64,000 nucleotides of DNA, taken from Tubulanus polymorphus. Taxonomy: Eukaryota > Animalia > Nemertea. A program made the position numbers and the translations under genes. Below the pieces are notes generated by a model. That model saw only the letters and a list, made by a program, of their open reading frames with translations, did not search any database and was not told the DNA's origin. The stretch's first letter is position 1, and each line of letters starts with the position of its first letter. The stretch covers positions 62,001-126,000 of the forward strand of contig NC_134035.1 in NCBI RefSeq assembly GCF_964204645.1, in the 5' to 3' direction. Below, in pieces: positions 40,064 to 54,400 of this stretch.

Positions 40064-42075
40064 TATGGAAGACCTCAGACGACATACAAGATATGAGATA
40101 TAACATACGAGATATGAGATGCAACATACGAGATACGACATATGACATACGAGATACGACTTATTTACAGTACGGGTGTCCGTCCGCTGGCGCCACCGCA
40201 GTGTATGTTTTTTCAATATTTACTGCATATAAATCGTTTAACATGGTGACGCGTACAGTCATCGTCAATTATATGAAAACCAACATAGTCAACATTTTAT
40301 TCAAACCAGAAATAGATTTCTTTTGGATAATGGACACCTGGACCGGACACAACGATATTAGGCCATACTGTGAACACCCTGGACTAGGCGCGCCGCCGGC
40401 CGTTCCTCTCCCGCGGGCGACGAAAAGTTTTTCAAATCACAAAACTAAAAAGATATCAAACTGTTCAAGTTCATAATATTATGCTATTTCTTGTCTTCCT
40501 TTGGTCTTAAAACGGCCTGGTGTTCAGGAGCCGGGGTTCCGGTTACTCAATGCCTGCAGAAAAAATAACTACTGTTCACCGCCCGCCGTAACCGCCTGCT
40601 TTTCTGCATCAGAAATCAAAATTCTAAAAAAAACTCCGCAGCCGGAAATCCCGGCCCCCTTGTACCCCTCCTCCGCTGTTTGACACCCCTGCCTGAGTTC
40701 TTGAATCCCAAACAACCTGGGAACCCGTACATCGCCCTGGTATCCAGATTAAGAACTCCCGTGCTCTCTCTCAAGGTTTGAAATCCCCAGCTAAATTCCA
40801 TCCCTATCGAGCTACTGGGGCAGACTGGTGAGTCCACTAGACCAGCCATGCATTGAGAGTCGAGACTGGCCAGTTTTCGCTAACCGTTAGGGCAGTATGC
40901 GGTACTGTCTTTCTGAAGCCATAGTCTGGGGTCCTCCCCTGAAAATTTGTTCAATTTAGGTACTTGTGTATTCTGAGTGCTTTTTGGCTATCTTTCTTTT
41001 CTGACATCTTTCATGAAAAGGGCCAATGGCTGAATCTGAATAACTTTCATAATCGGAGAATCCAATTTAAGATCATTCTTATCAATTGTCATGGCCAGTT
41101 TTAAAACTGTTTATTGACAAAAGTACAGGAACCACATAAATAAGTCTTCAGCAAAACACAACAGCTCTTACATTTGTAAAGATAAGAGATCCATGGAAAT
41201 ATCAAGTAACATTTCTTTAGACCGGGGAATTAGCGGAACACCGGAACGTTGCTCGTATGGTGCGTTTGCACCCGTCGCAAAAAACGTCGTGATAAATGAA
41301 ATCAGCTGGACTAGGGCCAGGAGCTGAGAGTGATACAATGGAACTCCATTCTGATATTTAATGAATAATTCATTCAATAGATCTATGTTATCTTTAGTAT
41401 TTTTAATTCATGTCCATGTTTCAATTCATTCGTTGAAATCATAGTACACTAAACACAGATTCCGCGTGTGTCGGACTTTTTTTTAAACTCTTTGGTCATC
41501 GGCATTCGTAATATACATACATCTTTCATTCTTCATCGAAAACCCTCGATCGAACGCGAAGTTTAAACCCTTGACTAGGCGCAATTCTTACTGACCACCA
41601 ATTTGAAGGGGCCATGGCTAACTCTTTTTGAGGGATTTTTGTACACTCAAAAATGGAATTTGAGGCGTTTTTGGTGGATTTAGGGGCTGTAGCCCCGTAT
41701 TTGGAGCCAACTCGAATCACCGGACCATCGGTGTCTCACACTACTAAGAGTGGCCGCCCACTGATGTCACAGCGAGAAGCCGGTCCCCGGGAGTGGTTGA
41801 TCGAATATTTTTAAATGTTTTTCGTTTCAAATGAAACGTTTTTCGCATATTGATATTCATAGTTAATGTATACGCCACTGCCTGCGCACGTGTTGTAGTA
41901 TACGCCACAACGCCGAGTAGATGTTGAAAAATATACACTGCGGTGGCGCTAGCGGACGGACACCCGTACTGTAAATAAGTCGTATCTCGTATGTCATAAG
42001 TCGTATCTCGTATGTTGCATCTCATATCTCGTATGTTATATCTCATATCTCGTATGTCGTCTGAGGTCTTCCATA
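40064..42075. mobile_element. Non-autonomous DNA transposon with ~160-bp TIRs and a 6-bp TSD
   Basis: Ends TATGGAAGACCTCAGACGACATAC... and ...GTATGTCGTCTGAGGTCTTCCATA. GTTTAT is duplicated at 40058-40063 and 42076-42081. The TIRs contain tandem ACATACGAGATA sub-repeats. No transposase ORF inside. Confidence 0.85.
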
Positions 42076-42119
42076 GTTTATAGACACTGAACGATCGTTC
42101 ACTTCCAGTTCTTTACCAT

Positions 42120-42190
42120 TTAGCGCATGCGCAATTTTCAAAAACGAACTATACCGTTTACTAAACAGTCACTAGTTAACCCGGAAGTAT
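42120..42190 (+). promoter_or_regulatory. Candidate promoter of the THAP gene: NRF1-like and ETS-like motifs
   Basis: GCGCATGCGC at ~42123 and CCGGAAGT at 42181, about 450-500 bp upstream of the THAP ATG. Confidence 0.45.
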
Positions 42191-42632
42191 TTGTGTCGGG
42201 TTATTTTGGTAAATAGTTGTAAGGTGCGCCACCTCTAAACTTGTTCGGTTGTAGTTTTAGAATTTTAGCCTTATGATTTCGCGATCTCAAGGCTCTGTGG
42301 TAATAAAATTCGGTAGTAACGAGTAAAATCTGAGTCAACTCTACTGCCATAGGTAGAATATACAATTCAAATAAATTTTATTGCTTCATTACAATCATTG
42401 TTTTAAAATCTCTATTTGAAACCATATTGAATTGAAAACGTTATCCACACGACACTACAATACAAAAACCGCGTAGAAAGCCGGTTAGACCTATAGACGA
42501 CTGGAGGGTGTGTAATCCGGAATAGTATTTCTTAACTAGACGGTTAGATTACAGAATCAACTAATCTATATTAATTAGCGCTTCTTGACTGTGATCTATT
42601 ATTCTCGTGAAGTTTGTGAATGTGAGTGAACA

Positions 42633-44377
42633 ATGCCTTATTGTGTAGCTGGAAACTGTAATGAAAATGCACATGCTGGTGGTATAAACTTTCATACTTT
42701 CCCGTCGAAAAATGCTAAATTACGACGACTGTGGATAAAAGCGTGTGGAAGAGAAGAGTCGTGGAAGCCCGGTAAAGACGCGAGGATCTGCGGTCTTCAT
42801 TTCACCGATGATTGTTTTGTAATCCCACCCGCTGTCGCCAAATCATTGGCGTATAAACCCGATAGAGTGAGGCTTAAGCCGGATATGATTCCGACGATAT
42901 TCAAGAGAAGAAGTGACTCGGTCGCTGCTAACAGTATTAGCAGTACATCGTCGCCGGTTGAGCTAACAACGCGTTTAAACGACTCACAGCGATCACAGAG
43001 ATCAAAATCTTACGAAAGACGTTGTCAAAAAAAGGTGGATTTATTTATTTTTACCCTCGTCGCGAATCAGTTCCTTATCGCAAATAAATGACAATGATAG
43101 AGGGTTAAGGGATCCCGCTTCACGTAGCCTAAACCCTTCTCCCTGTACTTAGTTTCCTTTCCTCTTGAATAAACAGCTGAAGATAAGAAACTGTACCATT
43201 TATAAATAATACAGGAATGATTTTTTGGGATTGTATTAGGAATCATGGTTCATTGAGTTGTAGGCGTAGTCTGAATACCAGACGTTTTTATGTTCCCCTG
43301 GGGAACAACGGCTAGATACTGGACTATTGTAGGCGCTACTGCCCAGTTCAATACAAAACTTACAAATTGTTTAGGCCATTGTTTATTTTGTCATTTTGTT
43401 GTTTATTTCCAGATCGTAAATGATTTATTAAGAACTCACCGGAAATCACCATCGCTCGAAAATCAGTCCAAATGTGAAGATGAGTCCGTAGGAATAAAAA
43501 CAGAGAGTCCTGAATTGGAGTCGTCAGAAATGGAAGTGTCACTTTCTACGGAATTTTCATATACACAAGAAACTCAAGTATGTAAGAGTATTGGACAAGC
43601 AATCAATAAAATATTCCTATTTCTTATTGTATCATTTTTTCTTTTTATGACAGGCCTTAAATGATACAGGGGTAAAGTTGGAGTTAAAAAGTGAAGTAGA
43701 TCCATCATATTCAACAGAATCTTCATTTACTCAAGGAACTCAAGTATGTAAGATTATTGGACATTCACAAGCAATTAAAAAAAAGATCCTTATTTCGTAT
43801 TGTATCATTTCCCCTTTTTATGACAGGGCATAAACGATACAGAAGTAAAATTGGAGTTGAAAAGTGAAGTGGATCCATCATATTCAATGGAATCTTCATT
43901 TACTCAAGGAACTCAAGTATGGAAAATTATTGAAAAGAATCGCGAACTAATAATAGAGAACATTACAATAATTATCACAATGAAAATATAACAGGGGAGA
44001 CATGTAACGTGGATTCACCACATTCTAGTTATTACATTACTATATGAATACATTCTATTAACACTGTATTGAAAACGCAGAAACTTTCAATCATACTTTT
44101 CTTTTAGATTACCAAAATGTTTTATGCATCCAGAAGTGAAAGAGACCATCTAGAAACTACATGTATATCTGAAGAACCGGTGATGGATATTGAAACACAA
44201 TTTCAAGAATTTGACTGTCAAACTTTACAAAAACTTCAAAAACATTTGGATTATTATAAAGAAGTAACAACAATTCTGGAGACTATGATAACGAATAAAA
44301 AATTATCCATCCAAAAGTTACCGAAAGAACCAACTCCAGATTTAGTAACTTTGTTAGGACTCAAAGACACTATATAA
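42633..44377 (+). CDS. THAP zinc-finger domain protein, 5 coding exons
   Basis: MPYCVAGNC...FHTFP...LRRLW...W.P...RICGLHF...LKPDMIPTIF (C2CH plus AVPTIF box). Exons 42633-43034, 43413-43577, 43654-43743, 43827-43916 and 44108-44377 are all phase 0. Coiled-coil-like C-terminus; no transposase catalytic domain. Confidence 0.9.
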
Positions 44378-44811
44378 CTAGGGGTAAGATAAGCGGTTAT
44401 GAACTTCGCGATTATTTAAAATCAAACTTATTAAATGAAGTAGTTTCAGGATATAAAACATAATTTAAGTAAACAGGTGAATCACCCATTGACTGAATGC
44501 TTTATACAAGGTTTAATGTGAATATGTAATGATGTAATATCTAGTCTAACATTGAATTAAATGTAATTTGAATAGAAACAAATAAAAATTACACAAATAG
44601 CACTAGTGGTCATCTGATAGTAGTTTCTAGCACTAGTGGTCATCTGATAGTAGTTTCCAGCACTAGTGGTCATCTGATAGTAGTTTCTACTGTGATTATA
44701 GGAATCATTTTTCCATCCATTTCAACAGAAGACACCAATAAATACATTGAATTTATTAAAGGCTTGGTTGTGGTTGGTCACTCCACTGTTAGTTGACCTG
44801 GTTGACCCATG

Positions 44812-45295
44812 CTAGTACTGAGTGTCTGTGATGTCACTGGTCACCTGACCTAGGGTTAGGGTTAGCTGCTGGCACTCAGTGGCTGTGATGTCACAGGTCA
44901 CCTGACCTAGGGTTAGGGTTAGCTGCTGGCACTCAGTGGCTGTGATGTCACTGGTCACCTGACCTAGGGTTAGGGTTAGCTGCTGGCACTCAGTGGCTGT
45001 GATGTCACAGGTCACCTGACCTAGGGTTAGGGTTAGCTGCTGGTACTGAGTGGCTGTGATGTCACTGGTCACCTGACCTAGGGTTAGGGTTAGCTGCTGG
45101 CACTGAGTGCCTGGGAGGTCACCTGACCTAGGGTTAGGGTTAGCTGCTGGCACTGAGTGCCTGTGAGGTCACTGGTCACCTGACCTAGGGTTAGGGTTAG
45201 CTGCTAGTACTGAGCGACTGTGATGTCACTGGTCACCTGACCTAGGGTTAGGGTTAGCTGCTAGTGCTGAGTGACTGTGATGTCACTGGTCATCT
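44812..45295. repeat. 57-bp minisatellite, ~8 copies, each carrying CTAGGGTTAGGGTTAG
   Basis: Unit GCTGTGATGTCACTGGTCACCTGACCTAGGGTTAGGGTTAGCTGCTGGCACTCAGTG. Confidence 0.93.
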
Positions 45296-48200
45296 ATGGC
45301 TGATTATGGGTACATGGGATGTCACTGACCTGGAGTTAGTCGCTGTTAGCACTCACCTAGGGCTACAAAATAAATCTTTAAGTCACTTTTTAGACTTACT
45401 TTTTTAGGCCATAGATAACAGATTCAGCTCGCTACATCTTTGAATACATGTCCTGAAAACTATTAGGGGATAGTGTGGAGTATTTTCTTATTCTAATCAG
45501 TTACACCCTCATTTCATCAGTGTCAATCTTCATCTGTTTTACTGATGTGGTCTCACAATGCAGAGACAGCAGGTTCCTCATATCAACAAATCAAAACGAT
45601 GACATATATTCAAATATGTATGAAAGAAAAGTAATTTTGAAATTCGCTTGTTTACTGTGTTGATATAATAAGTGAATTGTGTATGATTTAATACTATAAC
45701 ACTATTATACCGGTATTTCACACCGACAATATATTAAACACATCACTGATCTAGATTATGTTTAACCAGGTTAAAATCCGGTCTATTTATTGGCTATTCT
45801 GAGTTGTCTAGCTGTTACAAAGATGGAGGATTGACATGGGTGTCTCAGATCTGAACCCTATCTAGTGACTGATCCTCAGTGGCCGGTCCTAAAGAATGGC
45901 TGAAAATGGATATCCATTTCTGGTAATAAGACGATGATCCGATGAAGTCTGTGCGAGAAACGTGTTTTTGTAGAATTCACTGAGAATAAAGATACCGCAA
46001 ATGACGATCCTCGAAAGAACTGAAAATTTAATCAAGAAATTGTTGTATCCATTGACAATTTTTATTCCTAATAAAGGATATCTTACAGATATGGCGTAAT
46101 AGCCCATACAAATTACCCTTAAAACATCATCCCTTAATGTTTAATAAGAATCAAGTAAAAAAAAAGCTTGTTTACAATGATTAAGTTTTTATACAGTTAC
46201 AAATTATAACTGGTCAAAGTGAATCGAACGAAACCGAATCCAAATCTACGACGTAACAATACAAATTAGATCTATAAAAAAAAAGCCGGACATTCCGCGG
46301 CAACTAATCTTTTATCGACAGCTCGGATATTTATAGAAAACTTAGATACGAATGTATTTCAGCTTTAATTTACATATTCTTGATTACTGGAGAAATTCAT
46401 CGAAAGTCGATTAAGATTTTTGCACAAACTGATATGATTCTGCAGCTTTCATCGAGAAAAGGTGAAATTCTAAAAAGCAATAATTCGCAATAGATTCATT
46501 AATTGAAGATGTGATAAATATTACTAGAAACATCTATTAAGGCACAAGCACGCAGTATATATATCTATACATGTATACCATTACTATTACTGAAGCATTC
46601 TATAGAACATCAGTAGCGCAGTTCTGAGTTAGAGAATTGGACTCTTGTAGTTAAAACGCTTGGAAATGAACTGATTTTAACCGTGAAAAGTCAAACCGAA
46701 AACTCAGATCTGCAAAACCAGAGTCCAGACTGACAACATTCATACTCGCAGATAAACAGATATTCACAGTTTCTCATAAAAAGCTATTGCCTACGTTACA
46801 GTAAATGATAGCCTCGCGCAACATCGGATTATTCACGAATTAACCAAAATTACAGTTTAATTAGGGATGTCATTTTGAATAGTCTATGAGGACTGGATTT
46901 TTTGCGTTACTTTGGCACAAAAAAGCAGCAAGTCGTATCACTTTTAAATAGATCCCTTCTAATACAAGACGATTGACCAAATCTAAAATGCATAGTAATC
47001 TAATAGTAATCTAATAACCGGTTTAATCAATTATCAATATCCTAATTGGAAGAATGACTCGCAGTCTAATAAATGTAAGTAATAACTAAACCTAATATAT
47101 CTGTTTAATCTAAATTATATATTCAATAACCTATTGACTATCAGCATCTAACACATGAATTAAGAAAAGTGTGTCAAAATTTTGAGCAAATTTACGCAGC
47201 TGAAATAATGACTGAAAATAACGTATTTAACAATTCATCGTAATTTTCAGTACTTTTAGAGAGATATTCCGTCAATCATTTCCTTTTAGACCCACCTGGA
47301 TAAAAGACCACCCACGTAAATCCCCGACACATCCATTTAACTCTCTGAAAATGGGTAACTGGAAATGTGTGAAGATTCTTTGTAGGTGGTCTCTTTCACA
47401 GAGGTCATATTATTACAGGTCGGACGAGCGATATAGATATGATAGCGATGTCGAAAGAGCCGTTTCCTTTTCATAATTCTTGCCGTTATTCGAATGGGAA
47501 AAAAGGCAGCGAAACGTGACGCACTGACGACTGACTAGATCCTGCGCTCCTCCTCCGACACCAGCAGACGTGAATAGATTCAGAAACAGATGGCATTCAG
47601 TTTAGCGTAATACATGATACAAGTTTATTCACATGAACGAACGAATCATATTCACTAAATTTTTCGAATAAAAAAAATCATCATGATATTTTTGCGTCGT
47701 TTATTTTTTTTTGTAAATACGTAGAACAAGAGAGTTTCGATACGTTAAATTGTGTTTAACTTACATCGCGAAAACTAATCGGATTAATTTAGTCGTAGAA
47801 ATTGCACAATATTGAAGTTATACTTATTGACACTAATACAGAGGAGGCTTCCTCTCGATACATTTCTTGTGCTCGACTCGATAATAAAAGATATAAGTAT
47901 AAAACGAAAGCCCCACCTGTTTATAGACATAATAATACGGCATGACAAATTACATAATCCAGAGCCACATATTTGTTCACAGAGAATTCATTCTGTAGCT
48001 GAACTTAAATACGCGATATGCTATTATTTTATATTTCGTTACAAGAATGAAGAAGGCTATACTGTTTTATATTCGTAACTACAGAATTGAGCGCCCAGCA
48101 CTGTTCAGCATATAATTCATTAGAACGACGACGTCGATGTAAGAGAGACTGCAGATAAATAGTTAAACAGCACCTTTCACTGAAGTTTAATAATACATCG

Positions 48201-48424
48201 ACGAATTAGAGAAATATTGATCCTCGCAGATTTCCTCATCTCTCTTCTCTTCACCGTGCGTCATTGTTAACACGGAACGCTTACGAATAAATGACGACGA
48301 CGACAGTATTTTAAACTCCGTGTTGATATATCGTTTTATCACAAAATTCAGATGCGATATTTCTTATATTAAAGTCTTGAATGAATGTTAGAATCACCGC
48401 TCCTCAGCGCCGCGCCGCGCGTGA

Positions 48425-51400
48425 CTAAGCCTGAAATTTCGCTAACAAGCTTCTTGTCGTTCCGGACTGCGGCATGACGTCGACGTCGTTCGTATCGGCT
48501 TCGCGGATGACATCTGATCGAACTTCGGGATTGTTTTCATATTCTCCTCCTTCGGGACTCATATCGAGCTGATCGGTGCCGTTCACCGGCGCTTGCGGTT
48601 CGCCTTTCTTGTAAGTGACGGTCGTGCCCCATTCTCCTCGCGGACGACGCACGGTAACCGGCGATTTCTCGCGTTCGTCTTTATGTTTCTGTTCCATCTC
48701 ACGGAATTTAGCCAACATTCCTACGTAGAATTAAGATTAAACATCTTCATTAACACGTTTCTACCGGACCTAACCCTCTGTTAAATCAGCGTAAAAAATA
48801 AAAGCTGAAATTGATTGAAACTTTGAAATAAAGATACAAACCTCGCGTAAGATCAGGTGGTGGTAACTCTTCGGAATCGTCCCATAATTCATCACAGCGT
48901 ATGACTTCCGGTTTATGTTGTTCCGGCTCGTTTTCTAAAACTTCCTTTGATGTGATATTACGAGCTGGTGATTCACGCGGCGGCGTAAACTCCTTATACT
49001 GAAATATAATTAATAATAACAGTTAGCGATTTGCGAACACTTTTCAGGATATTTTCAGATATCAAACTTTAATCATACCGTCACGTCAGGGGTGGAACCA
49101 GCTGAGCTAAAGGACAAGACCGTTGAATACATGATACAATTACATCGCGTTTATCAGGGGCAACATTTTAAGGGGCTGCATCAAAATTAATGATCTTGAA
49201 AGATGGTCAGATGAAGAAATGAGTATTTTTCTGTAGCTTTGTCATGACCTTTCTCATCATGAATGCGTGTGTGTTTTGTAAGGCTCTACTGGATCCACCC
49301 CATGTTTATATCGCTCTACGTAAGCTACATGTTTGGACTGACATCACCACATACTGTCACAGTCTAACACTCATGCTCCAGTAATAGAAGTTTACCACCA
49401 GAATGAAGAGAGTACCGACACGCTATACATCTGTATAGAATTCACAGAATTATAAAAAGATTCAACTGTGCTCAAAATTGATTCACAAAAACCCTACACA
49501 ACCATTACCAGTATTGTTATCATGTGATGAAGGTTCTGGAGTTCGATTTTAGAATGAATGAAAAGGTTTCGTGGAACTAAAAGCAGTTATATATTTGAAA
49601 ACGCTTTGTGTGATTCTATGCGGGTTTTTTTGTGAAAAGGAAAAATGTTTTGTTGTAAAAATCGGTTTCGCTGATTTCGGTTTTTGCAGTTTTTCATCTA
49701 AGCTGAATCAGCAGTGTCTGGAATCTAAGCTGAATCAGCAGAGTCTGGAATCTGGGAAATGAAATGTTGGCTACAGGATTCATTAAAGCGTTTGAATATT
49801 GGGGTCAGACTCTTGGAAATATAAAGATATTGTTGTAAAACTGGGACCAGTTTCACAGTTCTTTGTTTTGAATCATTTCAGTCTCAATTAGAGTCTAGAG
49901 TAGAATCTGAAAGAGCAACTGTGGAACTGTGGAACTGTGGAACTGGGTCCTGATTATTGAGTCGTATCATTAAGATATTGTTAGATGAACACTAGACTTG
50001 TTACCAATGAGAACAAACACCTCGTCGTGCTGTGTGACCTGATCATCCTCACCCTCAATATTTCACCTCAGTTGAAAATGAAAACCCTCTTTCATAAAGC
50101 AGATCGTAGTTAGTAGTGATGGTGGGTTAGAGGAGTTACTAAGCGGGTTACTGAGCAACAAAAAACGTCAACAGAACGTTACGTTATTTCAAATATTACC
50201 TGCGACCTGCTCTCGTACACAAACGGTTTTGGCGACTCCGGTTTCTTAAGTACCGGTTGCCGGATGGTCGTTGCCGGGGATTTCGGCGGTGTCGACCCGA
50301 CGGCCCCGGAACGGTACGACGACGGCGATTTAGGTATTAGGTTCGGTGAACCGGGCGGTTGAGCGTAACGTTGGGAAGCGGACTGCGCGACGACAGGGGA
50401 ATTAACGGAACCACCGTACCGTTTCGGAACCGTAGGTGAACCGTATTGTTTATTAGTAGTTTGCTGTAAATGAAGAGATTCAGTCGTTGAAGCAGCAGTT
50501 TCGTTTTTACATGCAGTTTTATAAATGGTAACAATGTTTTAGCAGATGCAGTTGTTCAATAGTTGATTACAGTTAACCAATTTTTTTTCCTTTAACACCC
50601 TTAACACAATGAGCGCCATGCGGGGCATTATTAGTGCGTTCGTTGTTGCTTTTTCCCAATGGGGGGAGACCAGGGCAGAACCTAAATGGTTAACTGGACA
50701 TAGTGACAACTAAAACTGGTTAAAGTTAACCAGTGGATAACTTGTCATAGTGACAATTAAAACTGGTTAAAGTTAACCAGTGGATAACTTGTCATAGTGA
50801 CAATTAAAACTGGTTAAAGTTAACCAGTGGATAACTGGACATAGTGACAATTAAAATGTATTGATATAATTTCAACTTGAACAACTATTGAACAACTGGC
50901 CTCGAGTAATAGACGTAATGCTTGTTTTTCTGCTTAGCAACAAATGAGATGCACATAGCCGACATTCCTTTTGTATTAGGAAGCAATAACAATTAATAAC
51001 AGCCATTCAGAATTTAGAAAATTTCGACGGAAATACCACAAAATACCGCAGCACACGGAGTCCGAAACGAGAGAAATGTACCGGTATTCAAATTGTAGAG
51101 AGAGCTATGTTAAGAGAAAAGATTCCTGTCTACATAACTCACCCCTCTGACATCATATACCCATATTACAAACATCATACGGATGTATAATCTAGAATCT
51201 ACATCCGTACGAAGATGTAAATGATGTCATCGGGGTCGGATAGCGGTCGGAAGCGTGGAGACACTGCTTCGCATTAGTAAAAACTAAAATTAATAATATC
51301 TATAAATAAATAGCAATAGGAGTATAATGGATTGTTTTATAACGGGAAGCCGCCTACAGCTTTCCGTTCCACGCGGTGTCGTTCGTCTCTTACCCTTTTC

Positions 51401-54400
51401 TCTTCTTTCTTCTGCTCTTGACTTCCCATATTCTGGAACATATCTCGGATATTTCTAGCCATCTGAGGCGGTGGTAGTCCGTCGTCGAATTGGTCGGATT
51501 CCCTGACGACGTCTGTACGTACGACTGGTTGTGATTCTAGTTCACCGTTATGATCAGCCGATGCAGGAATCTCCTGAAATAATCAATTACGCTTTTGTAA
51601 ATGTTCGTTTTAAAGACTTATCGAAGTTAAGCCTGAGGCAGATTCTAATTACGAGCAAAGCACAGTTGCACAATCTTAGCTTAAGTCCATTAAAGGTCTT
51701 TAATCATTAGACTGGTCTCAAATTTAAGTCTTCACTGTGAAACTAACCCCGAGTAACAGTGAACATATGGAACAGTGCATGTGAAGAACTAGGGAGAGAA
51801 TAAAATTACCTTCATGGGTGGAGGTGATCTCTTCTTGTAAGAATCACCAACCTGTGGACTAGGAACGCCACCTGTCTGCTCGATTTCTTTAAATATCGCC
51901 AGACGACTTTTGGTCGTTCCGATTTCTGGAAGAACTTCGGTTTGATTAGGATCCGATTCTCGGATGACATCCGGGCGCTGTTCGGGGTTATTCTCGAATT
52001 CTCCGCCCTCTGGTGCGTTTTCCATAGCCCATTCCGTGCGCACGTCACTAGCGCGTCGAGCCTGGTCTATCAAATCCATTCTCGGTTCTGGAGGTCCGGT
52101 CGGCTTCGCAGGCTGAAAATGTTTTAATAGAAATCCTATTTTTACCCGAAGGTATCTATACCAGTATAGCGACATAGGTCTACCACCAAACCAGGATCCA
52201 GTTCCTCAGTTCTCGCATAATATTCGACTCTCAGTAAATCAGTGTCAAACTTAACACAAAACTGTGGAACTGGATCCAGAATATTAAATGCACTATTACC
52301 AAAATTAACCCAGGCAGAAACCGTCACCAAAATATACACATTCTTAACTCACTCTATACATAGATCTAAATTATGAAGTTTACAATCGATAAAAATAATT
52401 AAATAATGTAAATTTACTGTTTTCAAATTCTTGACGTCATAGAACAAACCGCAACATAAAATCAGAACGCTCAATAATGAAACATAGGTTTCGATAACGT
52501 AGCTACAACAACCAGCCCCGAGGGCTATATGATTCCCAGTCACACTAAAACTAGTTCAGCCCCGAGGGCTCTATGATTCCCAGTCACACTAAAACTAGTT
52601 CTTATTCAATGATCATTTGAGAAATAACAGCGGGAAACAAAACTAGACTGTGAATTGACTTACAACAGCTGTTATATCTTATAGAGTTTGATTCTGTAGT
52701 TTATAGTTGTCAAACGGAGATAAGTTAGAGTTAATGTTTGTATGATCTGACATGCTCACTATATCCACTACGTCATGCATTCAATGAGTTAACAACCTGT
52801 GAATAACCTTTCAATAAAAGATCACAATTTTTAGATCTGAAGGATAATTTTCAAGAAAGGTGGCAGGTTGGCAACTCTTTAAGGTATCAAAACTACCCGG
52901 GTTCAAATGCCAGGCTAGGGGTAAACCGCTATTATAACTGATTTGCTACACATGCAAAAAATCATGTTTTGTTTCTCGTTAAAAATCACTCCACGCAATT
53001 AACAGTATATATATATGTTTATAAATCATTCATCAAATTCATCCAATATTAATAAATGTTGATTATACAATGATTTCACTAATTATCACCTATTTATATT
53101 TCAATTCAATCAATTACGATGCGATTAATTTCAAAATACACAGAATTAGTAAAATATTTGAGGAAGCAAGATTCACACTATGGAACTAAATTTCGTTCAA
53201 AGTATACCAGGGTGGCGCCACTTCCCATTTACAAATTCCCCTGATTTTTCCATGTTACAACACAAAATTCCCTGAAAGAATGCCGAGACATTTCTAGGTT
53301 TAAGATCTAACAATTCATTCATCTTTCATTGAATCACATAGTGATAAAGAAATACATGGTCAATAGCGAATTCCAGGAGTTTTCCAGGTTTTTTTGGGAG
53401 AAACATTTGTCAAATTCCCCGAGTTTTCCTGGACAGTGGCGCCACCCCGTATAAGTCTTTATATCCCGCTTTCTCATTGGTCAATCTCTCATCCAGTCTG
53501 TTAGTGACACACCGTTGTTAGTACCTGTTGCTGTTGTTGGTTGCGAGCATGCAGTTTAGGCGACCTCGTCGGCATAGGTGGCGCTGTATGTACCTGTTCG
53601 CTTTCCATCTGTCGGAATCGAGCGACTAAACCTTTAGCGAGATCTTTCGGCGGCATGTTCTCCTCGACGATGCTGTCGCTACGGACGACGTTCGGATCTC
53701 GCGGGATGTCCGGCGATGGCGACCGTTCTGTAGCATCCTCGTACTCGATCTTCTGTAGCGGAACATAAGATGAAACCGGTTTTTCAGCCGCTTGTTTCAC
53801 GCTTTCCTCCCACTGCGATTTCACTTGCGATAACAGACCGTCGAATTTGACCTGTAAATTCACAAACACCAGGTGGCGCTATACGCACCGTCGTCAATAA
53901 TATTGACTGGTGTTAGTGTTCGTTTTGTTTAGTAGATTTCGCGACAATCGATTTTATTTTTGAAACTCGAATCATGCGCGGAATTATTATGAAAAATTTA
54001 GCGGCTGCAAAAATCATGCGAACTTGAACTAATACGAAATATTTCAACTCGGTTCAAATAGTTCAGTTAGTTCAACGAACAAACTCGGTCAAACACGGGT
54101 CGCATTCTGTTATCGTAAATTGAATCACGAGTGAGATAGAGTTATGAGGTACGGGGAGAAACATTGACATGCAAAAAAAATGATAAAAACAAAAATTCAT
54201 AAATTTACGCCATTACAACATTATATAAGGAGCCAGTTCCACAGTTCTGAGTTAAAACTTGACTTAAGGGTTAAAAATCAAAACTCATTTCAACCCTAGG
54301 GCCCGGTTTTATAGACTGGTATTACCTTTAACCCGGGGGTTAACTCAATTGATAATGAATTGAGTTAACCCCCGGGTTAAAGGTAATACTAGTTTGTAAA

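Noticed and set aside
39964-40476. 170-aa ORF and its mirror at 41744-42046
   Set aside because: Both are translations of the transposon TIR sub-repeats.
42633-44377. THAP gene as the transposase of the neighbouring TIR element
   Set aside because: It lies outside the TIRs, has host-like introns and has no RNase H-like catalytic domain.
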